Assembly: GCA_945952105.1 (NCBI GenBank)
Contig: CAMFGZ010000023.1
Coordinates: 1,790-65,789, forward strand
Reading direction: 5' to 3'
DNA length: 64,000 nt
Source: an uncultured Rhodospirillaceae bacterium
Lineage (GTDB): Bacteria > Pseudomonadota > Alphaproteobacteria > Reyranellales > Reyranellaceae
Made by a program: the position numbers and the translations under genes. The notes under the pieces are model-generated. The model did not search any database. It saw only the letters and a program-made list of their open reading frames with translations, and was not told the origin of the DNA. Shown piece after piece: positions 47,201-55,928 of the stretch. Position 1 is the stretch's first letter; every line of letters begins with the position of its first letter.

Positions 47201-48480
47201 TTGATCTCCTTGAGCGCCTCCTCCCACGCGCCGATCGTGTGATCGATGTCGGCCTGGGTATGCGCCACGCTGACGTAATACTTGCTGTCGCCCTTCATGA
47301 TGCCGCGGGCCCGCAGCGCCTGGTTGAAGCGCTTCAGGATCGCGGTGTCGGCCTTCAAGGTGTCGCGATAGTCCTTGATCGGCTGGTCGGTGAAGATGAT
47401 GTCGAACAGCGGCGGCTCGCCGATCACCTGCGCCTTGAAGCCGTGCTTCTTCAGCAGCTCCGAGAGCGTATCCATCAGCTTGCGGCCGTTGGCGAAGACG
47501 CCTTCGTAGGTGCCGGGGCGCTTCAGCACCTCGAGCGTGGCAAGGCCCGCGACGGCCGCGACCGGATTGCCCGAGAGCGTGCCGACCTGGAAGATGAAGT
47601 CGTCGTCGGTCATGGCCAGGCGATCGAAGTGCTTCATGATGTCGGCGCGGCCGGCGATGGCCGCCAGTGCGAAGCCGCCGCCCACGATCTTGCCCAGCGT
47701 GCAGAGGTCTGGCGTGACGCCGTAATATTCCTGGGCGCCGCCATAGGCGAAGCGGAAGCCGGTCACGACCTCGTCGAAGATCAGCGGGATGCCGTGCTCG
47801 GCCGTCACCTCACGCAGCGCCTGCAGGAAGCCGGGCTTGGGCGGGATCAGGCGCTGGAACGGCTCGACGATGACGCCGGCCAGCTCGTCCTTCTGCTCCT
47901 CGATCAGGCTTCTCACCATGTCGATGTCGTTGAAGGCGGCGACCACCATCTCGTCGGCCACCGACTTCGGGATGCCGGCCGAGTCGATGGACCCGCGCGG
48001 AAAATTGCCGGGGCTCTTGGGCGCCAGCGACACCAGCGCGTAGTCGCTCATGCCGTGATAGCCGCCCTCGAACTTCAGGATCTTGTCGCGCTTGCGGAAG
48101 GCCCGCGCGGCGCGCATCGCATAGAGATCGGCCTCGGTGCCGGAGCAGACGAACCGCACCTGTTCGGCGCAGGGCACGGCGTCGACGATCGCCTCGGCCA
48201 GTGCGATGCCGTGGCGGTTGTTGCCGAAGAAGGTCGTGCCCAGCGGCACCTGTGCCTGCACCGCCGCCGTGACCTCGGGATGGGCGTGTCCGATGAACAT
48301 CGGGCCGGATCCCAGCAGGAAGTCGACATACTCCTTGCCGGCCTCGTCGAAGATGTGACCGCCCTTGCCCTCCTTGAGGATCACCTCGGCCGGCAGGTTG
48401 CCGAAGCTCCCGCCCGGCAGCACGCGGCGCGCCTGCTCGATCAGCTCGTTGGTGGGGTCGACGGGGGTCTGGACGTTCAT
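47197..48480 (-). CDS. Class III PLP aminotransferase, glutamate-1-semialdehyde aminomutase-like
   Basis: EYVDF.LGSGP...GHAHP, SGTEA, KFEGGYHG, LIFDEVVTGFR, TLGKIVGGG, GTLSGNP. Confidence 0.9.
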   Translation of the reverse strand: MNVQTPVDPTNELIEQARRVLPGGSFGNLPAEVILKEGKGGHIFDEAGKEYVDFLLGSGPMFIGHAHPEVTAAVQAQVPLGTTFFGNNRHGIALAEAIVDAVPCAEQVRFVCSGTEADLYAMRAARAFRKRDKILKFEGGYHGMSDYALVSLAPKSPGNFPRGSIDSAGIPKSVADEMVVAAFNDIDMVRSLIEEQKDELAGVIVEPFQRLIPPKPGFLQALREVTAEHGIPLIFDEVVTGFRFAYGGAQEYYGVTPDLCTLGKIVGGGFALAAIAGRADIMKHFDRLAMTDDDFIFQVGTLSGNPVAAVAGLATLEVLKRPGTYEGVFANGRKLMDTLSELLKKHGFKAQVIGEPPLFDIIFTDQPIKDYRDTLKADTAILKRFNQALRARGIMKGDSKYYVSVAHTQADIDHTIGAWEEALKEIK

Positions 48481-48516
48481 GGATGCCTCTACGCGTTGAA
48501 AGTGGGAACCGGAGCA

Positions 48517-48546
48517 GGAAGCGCGCCACTCCAGCGGCGCGCTTCC
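48517..48546. terminator. Perfect 11-bp GC-rich hairpin between the cupin and aminotransferase genes
   Basis: GGAAGCGCGCC-actccagc-GGCGCGCTTCC; no clear U-tract, so termination is uncertain. Confidence 0.45.
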
Positions 48547-48554
48547 CGCCCCGG

Positions 48555-48905
48555 CTATTCGATGGGAACGAAGATCGAGTGGCGGAGCTTGCCCTCGATG
48601 GCCTTGGAGAAGTGGCCCTTACCGTGCGTGTCCTCGACCAGAATGACCTCGCCCGCGCCGATGATGCGCGTCTCGCCGTCGCTGGCCTGGATGGAAACGC
48701 CGGCATCGAGATTGATGATGTACTGCCGGCGCGGCGCCGGATGCCATTCATAATCATAGGTGCCCGGCGTCTCGCGGAAGATGATGCCCGTGGCCGGCAG
48801 CGTGGCCGAGGTCTTGCCGCCGCGGCCCTCGTTCTTCCACTCGATCTCGATATCGCGGAAGTGGGTTTCGCCGTCGGCGTCGACATACAGATTATGGATG
48901 CGCAT
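48555..48905 (-). CDS. Small cupin-like hypothetical protein
   Basis: DADGETHF, WHPAPRRQY, G..R.IGAGEVILVED..GKGH; GGGAGAG upstream. Confidence 0.82.
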   Translation of the reverse strand: MRIHNLYVDADGETHFRDIEIEWKNEGRGGKTSATLPATGIIFRETPGTYDYEWHPAPRRQYIINLDAGVSIQASDGETRIIGAGEVILVEDTHGKGHFSKAIEGKLRHSIFVPIE

Positions 48906-48954
48906 GAATTTTTCTCTCCCTTGCTCTCTCAGGCCGACAGCTTAGAACGAAAGC

Positions 48955-49617
48955 ATGTTGAGGAAACCCGTTGAAGCCGTCCTTTTCGACATGGACGGTC
49001 TGCTGATCGACACCGAGGCCGTCTACATCGATGCCCTGCAGGATGCCGCCCGCGACCTCGGGATCGAGATGTCGCTCGAATTCTGCCATTCGATGATCGG
49101 CATCTCGGGCCGCGAATGCGACGTGATGATCCAGAATTTCTATGGCTCCACCTTCCGCATCGACCATTTCCGCGAGCGCTTCTCCGGCCACGCCAAGCGG
49201 CGACTGGAGACCAACCTGCCGGTCAAGCCCGGCGTGGTCGAGATGCTCGACTTCCTGGGGGGCCGCGGCTTGCGCCTGGCCGTCGCCACCGGCTCGGGCC
49301 GGATCACGGCCGATCGTCATCTTACCCGCGCCGGCCTGATCGACCGCTTCGGCGCGGTCGCGACGCGCGACGATGTCGAGAACGCCAAGCCCGCACCCGA
49401 CGTCTATCTCGAAGCCGCGCGCCGCCTTGGCGTCGCGCCCGAACGCTGCATCGCCTTCGAGGATTCCAACGTCGGCCTCACCGCCGCGCACGCTGCCGGC
49501 ACGATGGCCTTCATGGTGCCCGACATTCTGCCGCCGCTGCCCGAGGTGCGTGCCAAGTGTCTGCGCGTGTTCGACGACCTTCACGAGGCGCGACGACTCC
49601 TCGAAGAATCGCTTTAG
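48955..49617 (+). CDS. HAD superfamily phosphatase (beta-PGM/CbbY-like)
   Basis: FDMDGLLIDTE, VATGS, AKPAPD.YL, AFEDS.VG. Confidence 0.93.
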   Translation: MLRKPVEAVLFDMDGLLIDTEAVYIDALQDAARDLGIEMSLEFCHSMIGISGRECDVMIQNFYGSTFRIDHFRERFSGHAKRRLETNLPVKPGVVEMLDFLGGRGLRLAVATGSGRITADRHLTRAGLIDRFGAVATRDDVENAKPAPDVYLEAARRLGVAPERCIAFEDSNVGLTAAHAAGTMAFMVPDILPPLPEVRAKCLRVFDDLHEARRLLEESL

Positions 49618-49680
49618 TTCATATCGACTGATCCGGCACTCCGCGCGACGCGTAGATGGGCGTCAACAGCGGAGTTGCCC

Positions 49681-50496
49681 GTGTATCTGCGCCGTCTCCT
49701 CATCTCCTGCCTTGCCGCCTTCGCATCGCTTGCGGGAACGGCCGCTGCCCAGCCCACGAGCATCGGCAGCGAGCCGGCTGGCCCGCCGCCCAGGGACTGG
49801 ACCTTCGACATCGGGCCGGGCATCGTCGTCGCCCCGTGGTTCGAAGGCAGCGCGAACTATCGCGTGCTTCCCATTCCCAACCTCGACCTGCGCTATCAGC
49901 GTGACAAGGTCTTCATCTCCGCGCGCGACGGCGTCGGCGCCACGCTGTTCGACGAATCGGGCTTCAAGGCCGGTCCGATCTTCCGCTACCGCTTTCCGCG
50001 CAACCAGGGCGATGGCGGCTATCTCTACGGCACCGGCAACGTACCCTTCACCGTCGAGGGCGGCGCCTTCCTGCGCTACGACCAGCCTTTCTTCGCGGCC
50101 AAGGTGGAATTGCGGCGCGGCATCGGTGGCAGCAACGGCCTGATCTTCGACGCATTGGTGGACGGCAAGCTCCGGCTGAGCGAGAGCTTCTTCCTGTCCG
50201 GAGGACCGCGTCTCTCCGTGACCGACGGCACCTTCAACCAGGCCTATTTCGGCATCAACGCCCTTCAGTCGATCAACTCCGGGTACGCGCAATACTATCC
50301 CGGCGCGGGCCTTCGCAGCGTCGGCGTCGGCGCGAGCGCCCTGTGGCGTATCCACGACCGGCTGAGCTTCGTGGCCTTTGGCAGCTACAACTACCTGGCC
50401 GACACCGTGGCCAATTCGCCGATCGTGACGGGACCCGGCGGATCGCGGAACCAGTTCGTGACCGGCGCAGCACTCACCTGGCGCTTCTCCTGGTAA
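49681..50496 (+). CDS. MipA/OmpV family outer-membrane protein
   Basis: GGAG RBS before GTG 49681; signal peptide; G.G....P.FEGS.NY, FNQAYFGI, ends TWRFSW. Confidence 0.85.
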   Translation: MYLRRLLISCLAAFASLAGTAAAQPTSIGSEPAGPPPRDWTFDIGPGIVVAPWFEGSANYRVLPIPNLDLRYQRDKVFISARDGVGATLFDESGFKAGPIFRYRFPRNQGDGGYLYGTGNVPFTVEGGAFLRYDQPFFAAKVELRRGIGGSNGLIFDALVDGKLRLSESFFLSGGPRLSVTDGTFNQAYFGINALQSINSGYAQYYPGAGLRSVGVGASALWRIHDRLSFVAFGSYNYLADTVANSPIVTGPGGSRNQFVTGAALTWRFSW

Positions 50497-50665
50497 GCGT
50501 ATCGGCCCCCAGCCAAGAGAGGTTCCGAAGTCCGACCGAGACCATTGGGCGAGCGCACGACCTCCCGGAGAAGCCAGGGAGCGAGAAGGCCATCAGAAGT
50601 TGGGAAGCGTCGGACTCGTGGTTTTCCGCCCCCTCGTCCGTTTGAAGGGGAAAGAAGGGGACTCT

Positions 50666-51124
50666 TTAACGCCGCTCCTTGAAGAACGTGCGCAGCAGCT
50701 CCGCCGACTCGCGCTCGCCGACGCCGGGATAAAGCTCCGGGCGGTGGTGGCAGGTGGGCTGGTCGAAGATGCGCGGGCCCTGTTCGATGCCGCCGCCCTT
50801 GGGATCGCTCGCGCCCCAGTAGACTCGCCGCAGCCGGGCGAAGGAGATGGCCTGGGCGCACATCGGGCACGGCTCCAGGGTCACGTAGAGATCGCAATCG
50901 ACCAGGCGCGGTGTGCCCAACGCCGCCGCCGCCGCCCGGATCGCCAGCAGCTCGGCGTGCGCCGTCGGGTCTTTCAGCTCCTCGGTGCGGTTGCCGGCCT
51001 CGGCCAGCACCGCGCCGCCCGGCCCCAGGATCACGCAGCCGATCGGCACCTCGCCGCGCGCGCCGGCGGCGCGGGCGGCGGCAAGCGCCCTGTCCATCGG
51101 TGTGGGTTTGGAAGCGTCCGGCAT
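50666..51124 (-). CDS. tadA: tRNA adenosine(34) deaminase
   Basis: GEVPIGCV, GNR.EE..DPTAHAE, LYVTLEPCPMC, DPKGG. Confidence 0.9.
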   Translation of the reverse strand: MPDASKPTPMDRALAAARAAGARGEVPIGCVILGPGGAVLAEAGNRTEELKDPTAHAELLAIRAAAAALGTPRLVDCDLYVTLEPCPMCAQAISFARLRRVYWGASDPKGGGIEQGPRIFDQPTCHHRPELYPGVGERESAELLRTFFKERR

Positions 51125-51173
51125 CGCGGCCGCACTATAGCGCGCGGCGGCGCACGCGCGTATCTTGGCCCGC

Positions 51174-51890
51174 ATGCCCCGTCCCCTGATCGGAGTCACG
51201 CTGGATGCTGAAAAGCCCGGCGGATACTCCAAGTTTCCCTGGTATGCGCTGCGCCAGAACTACCTCGACGCGATCGACGCGGCGGGTGGCCTGCCGGTCG
51301 CGCTGCCGCACGAGCCCGACCGGGTTGCCGACTATCTCGAGCGCATCGACGCGCTGGTCGTGACCGGCGGCGCCTTCGACGTCGATCCCTCCTACTATGG
51401 CGGCGGCGCGCGCCATTCGACGGTCATCACCAAGGACCGCCGCACCGCCTTCGAATTCGGCGTCACCAAGGGCGCGCTCGCCCGGAACAAGCCGGTGCTG
51501 GGCATCTGCGGCGGCCAGCAGCTCCTGCACGTCGTGCTGGGCGGCAAGCTGATCCAGCACATTCCCGACACGATCGCCGAGCCGCTGGCGCATGAGCAGC
51601 CCAACCCGCGCGACGAGCCCGGCCATGTCGTGAAGGTGGCCAAAGGCACGCAGCTCCACGGCATCGTCGGCGCCGAGGAGCTGCAGGTGAACAGCGCGCA
51701 TCACCAGGCTGCGGCCGACTCGCCCGACGGCGTGATCGTGAACGCGACCGCGCCCGACGGCGTCATCGAGGGCATCGAGGCGCCGGCCTACCGCTTCTGC
51801 ATCGGCGTGCAGTGGCATCCCGAATTCCTGATCTCCGAAGGCGACGCGAAACTGTTCCGCGCCTTCCTGGGAGCGGCGGCGGCAAAATGA
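51174..51890 (+). CDS. Peptidase C26 / gamma-glutamyl-gamma-aminobutyrate hydrolase family
   Basis: PLIGVT, TGGAFDVDP, LGICGGQQ (catalytic Cys), VNSAHHQ, GVQWHPE. Confidence 0.92.
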   Translation: MPRPLIGVTLDAEKPGGYSKFPWYALRQNYLDAIDAAGGLPVALPHEPDRVADYLERIDALVVTGGAFDVDPSYYGGGARHSTVITKDRRTAFEFGVTKGALARNKPVLGICGGQQLLHVVLGGKLIQHIPDTIAEPLAHEQPNPRDEPGHVVKVAKGTQLHGIVGAEELQVNSAHHQAAADSPDGVIVNATAPDGVIEGIEAPAYRFCIGVQWHPEFLISEGDAKLFRAFLGAAAAK

Positions 51891-52696
51891 GCGAGCAACC
51901 CGTCAAGGAAGGCGAGCGCATCGCCAAGCGCCTCGCGCGCGCGGGCCTGTGCTCGCGCCGCGATGCCGAACGCTGGATCGAGGCCGGCAGGGTCGTGGTC
52001 GACGGCAAGGTGCTGGAGACGCCGGCCTGCGTCGTCACCGACAAGAGCGTCATCGAGGTCGACGGCAAGCTGCTGCAGGCCGCCGAGCGGGCGCGCATGT
52101 GGCGCTATCACAAGCCGCCGAGCGAGATGGTCACGGCGCGCGATCCCGAGGGCCGCCGCACCATCTTCGACTCGCTGCCGAAAAGCCTGCCGCGCGTCAT
52201 CACCGTCGGCCGCCTCGATTACTTCTCCGAAGGCCTGCTTTTGCTGACCAACGATGGCGGCCTCGCGCGCCAGCTCGAACTGCCGGCCAATGGCTGGAAG
52301 CGCCGCTATCGCGCGCGCGTGCACGGCAATGTCGACGAGGCGAAGCTCGCGGAGCTGGCCAACGGCATCACCATCGAGGGCGTGCGCTACGGCGCCATCG
52401 AGGCGAGCCTCGACCGCCAGCAGCGCTCCAACGCCTGGATCGACATCGCGCTGACCGAGGGCAAGAACCGCGAGGTCCGGCGCGTGCTGGCCCATCTCGA
52501 CCTGCCGGTGGTGCGCCTTATCCGCGTGGCCTTCGGGCCCTTCCATCTCGGCGAACTGGAACGCGGCCTGGTCGACGAGATCCCGCCGCAGGCGCTCGAG
52601 AACCTGCTGGGCGTGAAGCGCGCGCCGCGCAAGGAAGGCTGGGCCAAGCCGAAGCCCAAGCCTGCCCTGCCCCACGCCAAGCGCCGGCGGCACTGA
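51887..52696 (+). CDS. rRNA pseudouridine synthase, RsuA/RluB family with S4 domain
   Basis: ERIAKRLARAGLCSRR, YHKP, VGRLD..SEGLLLLTNDG, EGKNREVRR, LIRVAFG. Confidence 0.93.
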   Translation: MSEQPVKEGERIAKRLARAGLCSRRDAERWIEAGRVVVDGKVLETPACVVTDKSVIEVDGKLLQAAERARMWRYHKPPSEMVTARDPEGRRTIFDSLPKSLPRVITVGRLDYFSEGLLLLTNDGGLARQLELPANGWKRRYRARVHGNVDEAKLAELANGITIEGVRYGAIEASLDRQQRSNAWIDIALTEGKNREVRRVLAHLDLPVVRLIRVAFGPFHLGELERGLVDEIPPQALENLLGVKRAPRKEGWAKPKPKPALPHAKRRRH

Positions 52697-53277
52697 TGAT
52701 CCGCATCATCGGCGGCAAGCATCGTGGCCGCATGCTCGAAACGCCACCGGGAGACGCGACGCGGCCGACCTCCAACCGTGCCCGCGAATCGCTGTTCAAC
52801 ATCCTGATGCATGCGCGCTGGCGCGACAGCGAGGAAGACGGCGGCACCTCGCCGCTGATCGACGCGCGCGTGCTCGATGCCTATGCCGGCTCCGGCGCGC
52901 TGGGCCTCGAAGCCCTGTCGCGTGGCGCGGCACACGCGACCTTCCTCGACAATGAGGCGGGCGCGATCAAGGCGATCGGCGACAACCTGCGCAAGCTCGG
53001 CGAGACGGGGGCGGGCAAGGTGGTGCGCGCCGATGCGACGCGGCCGCCGCCGTCGCGCGAACCGTGCGACCTCGTCTTCCTCGATCCGCCCTATCGTTCG
53101 GACCAGGCCCCGGCCGCCATCGCGGCGCTGGCCGCCGCCGGCTGGATGACGCCGGGCTGCGTCGTCACGATCGAACTGGCGCACAACGAGGACATGGCCC
53201 CGCCCGCCGGCTTCAAGACGATCGACGAGCGGCGCTACGGCGCGGCCAAGATCGTGATCCTGAAGCGGGTGTCGTGA
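52696..53277 (+). CDS. rsmD: 16S rRNA m2G966 methyltransferase
   Basis: MIRIIGGKHRGR, RPTSNRARESLFNIL, LDAYAGSGALGLEALSRGA, FLDPPY, YG. Confidence 0.95.
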   Translation: MIRIIGGKHRGRMLETPPGDATRPTSNRARESLFNILMHARWRDSEEDGGTSPLIDARVLDAYAGSGALGLEALSRGAAHATFLDNEAGAIKAIGDNLRKLGETGAGKVVRADATRPPPSREPCDLVFLDPPYRSDQAPAAIAALAAAGWMTPGCVVTIELAHNEDMAPPAGFKTIDERRYGAAKIVILKRVS

Positions 53278-53287
53278 GGCTCCCACC

Positions 53288-53899
53288 GTGAAGCTGACGG
53301 CGCCCCTCTACATGCTCCGACACGGCGAGACCGCATGGAACACAGAGCGGCGCATGCAGGGCCACAAGAACTCCGACCTGACGCCGCGCGGCCGCCTCCA
53401 GGCGCTGGCGATGGGACGCACGCTGAAAGCCGAACTCGACCGCGAACCCGGCCCCACGATCTTCCTGCGCAGCCCGCTCGGCCGCACGCGCGAGACGTCG
53501 GAGATCGTCGGCAACGAACTCGGCATCCCCTCCTCCGAATGGCGTGAGGACATGCGGCTGGCCGAGCTTTCCTACGGAAGCTGGGAAGGCTTCTCGTGGG
53601 CCGAGATCGAGATCGATCATCCGACGGCGATGGCCGACTGGCGCGCCGATCCTCACGGCTACTGCCCGCCGGGCGGAGAGACGCATCTCGACCTGCGCCG
53701 CCGCTGCGAAGCCGTGCTGACCGAGATCGCCACCTCCGGCGTGCGCACCGTCGTGGTGAGCCACGGCGTCAGCGGCGCCGTCGTGCGCGGCCTCAACCTC
53801 GGCCTCGACGCCCGCGCCATGTTCGTCATGGAGAAGCCGCAGGACGCCTTCTTCCGCCTCACGGCCGGCAGCGAAGAACGCATTACCTGCGATTTGTAG
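53288..53899 (+). CDS. Histidine phosphatase (phosphoglycerate mutase) family
   Basis: LRHGETAWN, SPLGRTRET, L.E..YGSWEG, PPGGE, VVSHG. Confidence 0.92.
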   Translation: MKLTAPLYMLRHGETAWNTERRMQGHKNSDLTPRGRLQALAMGRTLKAELDREPGPTIFLRSPLGRTRETSEIVGNELGIPSSEWREDMRLAELSYGSWEGFSWAEIEIDHPTAMADWRADPHGYCPPGGETHLDLRRRCEAVLTEIATSGVRTVVVSHGVSGAVVRGLNLGLDARAMFVMEKPQDAFFRLTAGSEERITCDL

Positions 53900-53900
53900 G

Positions 53901-53988
53901 GCCGAGCGAAGCTCGGCCCCTTGAGCGTCAGGACATCGCTTCGCGATGTCCGGGAGCGCGGAAGAACGAGCGATCACAGGAAGCTCAT
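53901..53988 (+). repeat. Dispersed double-hairpin intergenic element, copy 3
   Basis: GCCGAGC-GAA-GCTCGGC...GAGCGTCAGGACATCGC-TTC-GCGATGTCCGGGAGCGCGGAAGAACGAGCGATCACAGGAAGCTCAT. Confidence 0.9.
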
Positions 53989-54040
53989 GCCCCCTCCGTC
54001 GTCGTAAGACGACGACACCTCCCCATTTGAATGGGGAGGA
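53989..54040 (+). repeat. Second REP-like two-hairpin unit abutting copy 3
   Basis: GTCGTCGT-AAG-ACGACGAC (53998-54016) and CCTCCCCAT-TTGA-ATGGGGAGG (54018-54039). Confidence 0.6.
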
Positions 54041-54047
54041 GCGATTC

Positions 54048-54075
54048 TTGAACGTAACGGTGTGCCGGCTATAAG
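54048..54075 (+). promoter_or_regulatory. Putative sigma70 promoter for the MATE gene (probably leaderless)
   Basis: TTGAAC-N16-TATAAG ending 7 nt before ATG 54083; no SD sequence. Confidence 0.5.
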
Positions 54076-54082
54076 CGCCGGC

Positions 54083-55480
54083 ATGAGCGAGGAATCGCAG
54101 ACGAGGACGACGGGCGGGGCGGCGTGGCGCGACGAGATTCGCGCGACACTCGTGCTCGCCTGGCCGCTGATCCTGACGAACCTCGCGCAGACCATGATGA
54201 CCGCGACCGACGTGGTGATGATGGGCTGGCTGGGCCCCGACGCTTTGGCCGCCGGCGCGCTGGGCTCGAACCTTTATTTCGGCACTATGATCTTCGGGCT
54301 CGGCCTCACCACGGCGACCGCGCCGATGATCGCGCGCGAGCTGGGGCGCAAGGGCCATTCGGTGCGCGACGTGCGACGCACGGTGCGCCAGGGCATGTGG
54401 ATGGCGGCCGCTGTCTCCGTGCCGATCTGGATCGTGCTGTGGCAGAGCGAGGCGATCCTGCTGGCGATGGGCCAGGAGCCGCCGCTCGCAAAAGCCGCCG
54501 GAGAGTATGTGCGCGCGCTGCAATGGTCGCTGCTGCCGTTCTTCTTCTTCCTCGTGCTGCGCTCGTTCATCTCTGCGCTCGAGCGGCCGCTCTGGGCGCT
54601 GTGGGCCGGCATTGCGGGCGTGATCGTCAATGCCGCAGCGGCCTGGGTACTGATCTTCGGCCATTTCGGCCTTCCCAGGCTCGGCCTGGTCGGCGCCGGC
54701 TACGCCACAACCTTCGCCGACTTCGTGATGTTCGCGATCATGGTTGCGGTCGTGCTGAGGGACCGGAAGTTCCGACGCTACCATCTGTTCGGCCGCTTCT
54801 GGCGTGCCGACGGGCCACGCTTCCGCGAGCTGTGGCATCTCGGCCTGCCGATCGGCGCGACGCTGGTCTTCGAGGTCGCAGTGTTCAACGCCGCGACCTT
54901 CCTGATGGGCCTGATCAGCGCGGCGGCGCTCGCGGCCCATTCGATCGCCATGCAGCTCGTCTCGCTCTCCTTCATGGTGCCGCTGGGCTTGGCACAAGCG
55001 GCAACCGTGCGCGTCGGCCGGGCGTTCGGCGCGCACGACAAGGACGGCATCCGTCGCGCCGGCTGGACGGCCTATGCGATGGGCGTCGGCTTCATGGCGC
55101 TGACGGGCGTGGCGATGATCGTGGCGCCTCGCACCCTGGTCGGCGTGTTCCTCGATCTCGACGTGCCGGCCAACCTGCCCGTCGTCGAGCTGGCGATAAG
55201 CTTCCTTGCCGTCGCCGCACTGTTCCAGGTGATGGATGGCGGCCAGGCGGTGGCGGCCGGCATGCTGCGCGGCCTGCACGATACGCGCGTTCCCATGGTC
55301 TATGCCGGCATCGGCTACTGGTGCATCGGCCTGCTGCTGGGCGTGGCGCTCGCTTTCCAGGCGAAGATGGCGGGCTTCGGCCTGTGGATCGGCCTCGCGG
55401 CCGGCCTCACCGTCGTGGCGCTGCTGCTGCTCGGCCGCTGGCTGCGGCGCGAGCGGCTGGGCCTCGTCAGCTTCGGCTGA
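54083..55480 (+). CDS. MATE family efflux transporter (NorM-like)
   Basis: LAWPLIL, D.VMMGWLG.DALAA, N...AWVLIFGHFG.P.LG..GAG, LGLPIG, RVG...G, GMLRGL.DTRVP. Confidence 0.94.
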   Translation: MSEESQTRTTGGAAWRDEIRATLVLAWPLILTNLAQTMMTATDVVMMGWLGPDALAAGALGSNLYFGTMIFGLGLTTATAPMIARELGRKGHSVRDVRRTVRQGMWMAAAVSVPIWIVLWQSEAILLAMGQEPPLAKAAGEYVRALQWSLLPFFFFLVLRSFISALERPLWALWAGIAGVIVNAAAAWVLIFGHFGLPRLGLVGAGYATTFADFVMFAIMVAVVLRDRKFRRYHLFGRFWRADGPRFRELWHLGLPIGATLVFEVAVFNAATFLMGLISAAALAAHSIAMQLVSLSFMVPLGLAQAATVRVGRAFGAHDKDGIRRAGWTAYAMGVGFMALTGVAMIVAPRTLVGVFLDLDVPANLPVVELAISFLAVAALFQVMDGGQAVAAGMLRGLHDTRVPMVYAGIGYWCIGLLLGVALAFQAKMAGFGLWIGLAAGLTVVALLLLGRWLRRERLGLVSFG

Positions 55481-55928
55481 GTCGCGCCGTGCGCTTGCAG
55501 CCACTGGTCTCGCTGACGATCAGGCTCTGCCCGTCGCCGCGCGCCGTGAGTTGCATGCGCTGATGGCTCGGGCCTTTCACCGAGGCAAGGCTCAGCAGAT
55601 TGAAGGCGGCCCCGGCCTTGGCCACGCCGTGGATCTGCCACAGGCCGGGCGTGGGCGGCGGCGGCGCGGACTTGTTGGGATTGGGCACAGGGCCGCGCGC
55701 GGTCGTGTCGTAGGCCGAGCCGTCGACGAAGCCCGCTTCGATGGTCAGCACATAGTCGAGCGGCGCATTGCACGAGCCGCCGTCGCTGGTACCGCGCCAG
55801 GTCCCGTCGAGCGGCGAAGCCGGTGCGGGCGTCGGCGCGCCGGACGGTGGCGGGGCCGCGCGGTTCTGCGCCGCGGCCCCGGTGGCGACGGTTCCGGCGA
55901 TCACGAGCAGTGCGAGAAGCTTCTTCAT
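55467..55928 (-). CDS. Secreted Pro-rich hypothetical protein with two Cys
   Basis: ATG 55928 overlapping the mutL stop (ATGA); signal [20 protein letters not shown]; LDGTWRG...C...GCKR. Confidence 0.72.
   Translation of the reverse strand: MKKLLALLVIAGTVATGAAAQNRAAPPPSGAPTPAPASPLDGTWRGTSDGGSCNAPLDYVLTIEAGFVDGSAYDTTARGPVPNPNKSAPPPPTPGLWQIHGVAKAGAAFNLLSLASVKGPSHQRMQLTARGDGQSLIVSETSGCKRTARLSRS

Noticed and set aside
50497-50665. Possible SRP RNA, 6S RNA or tRNA next to tadA
   Set aside because: No SRP GGAA/AGCAG loop motifs, no long 6S-like rod, no tRNA arms recognisable; kept only as an unassigned structured region.
53288-53899. Histidine phosphatase as alpha-ribazole phosphatase of the B12 pathway
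   Set aside because: Family membership only; it lies 34 kb from the cob cluster inside a rluB-rsmD operon, with no specific evidence.
53901-54039. Four tandem hairpins considered as a CRISPR array or tRNA
   Set aside because: No identical direct repeats with unique spacers, no cas genes, and no cloverleaf, T-loop or CCA features.
53213-55504. 763-aa minus-strand ORF, plus the 609-aa-region shadows 55823..57472 and 61724..63313
   Set aside because: Antisense or alternate-frame shadows of MATE, mutL, lspA and ileS; Arg/Ala/Gly-rich with no domain signal.
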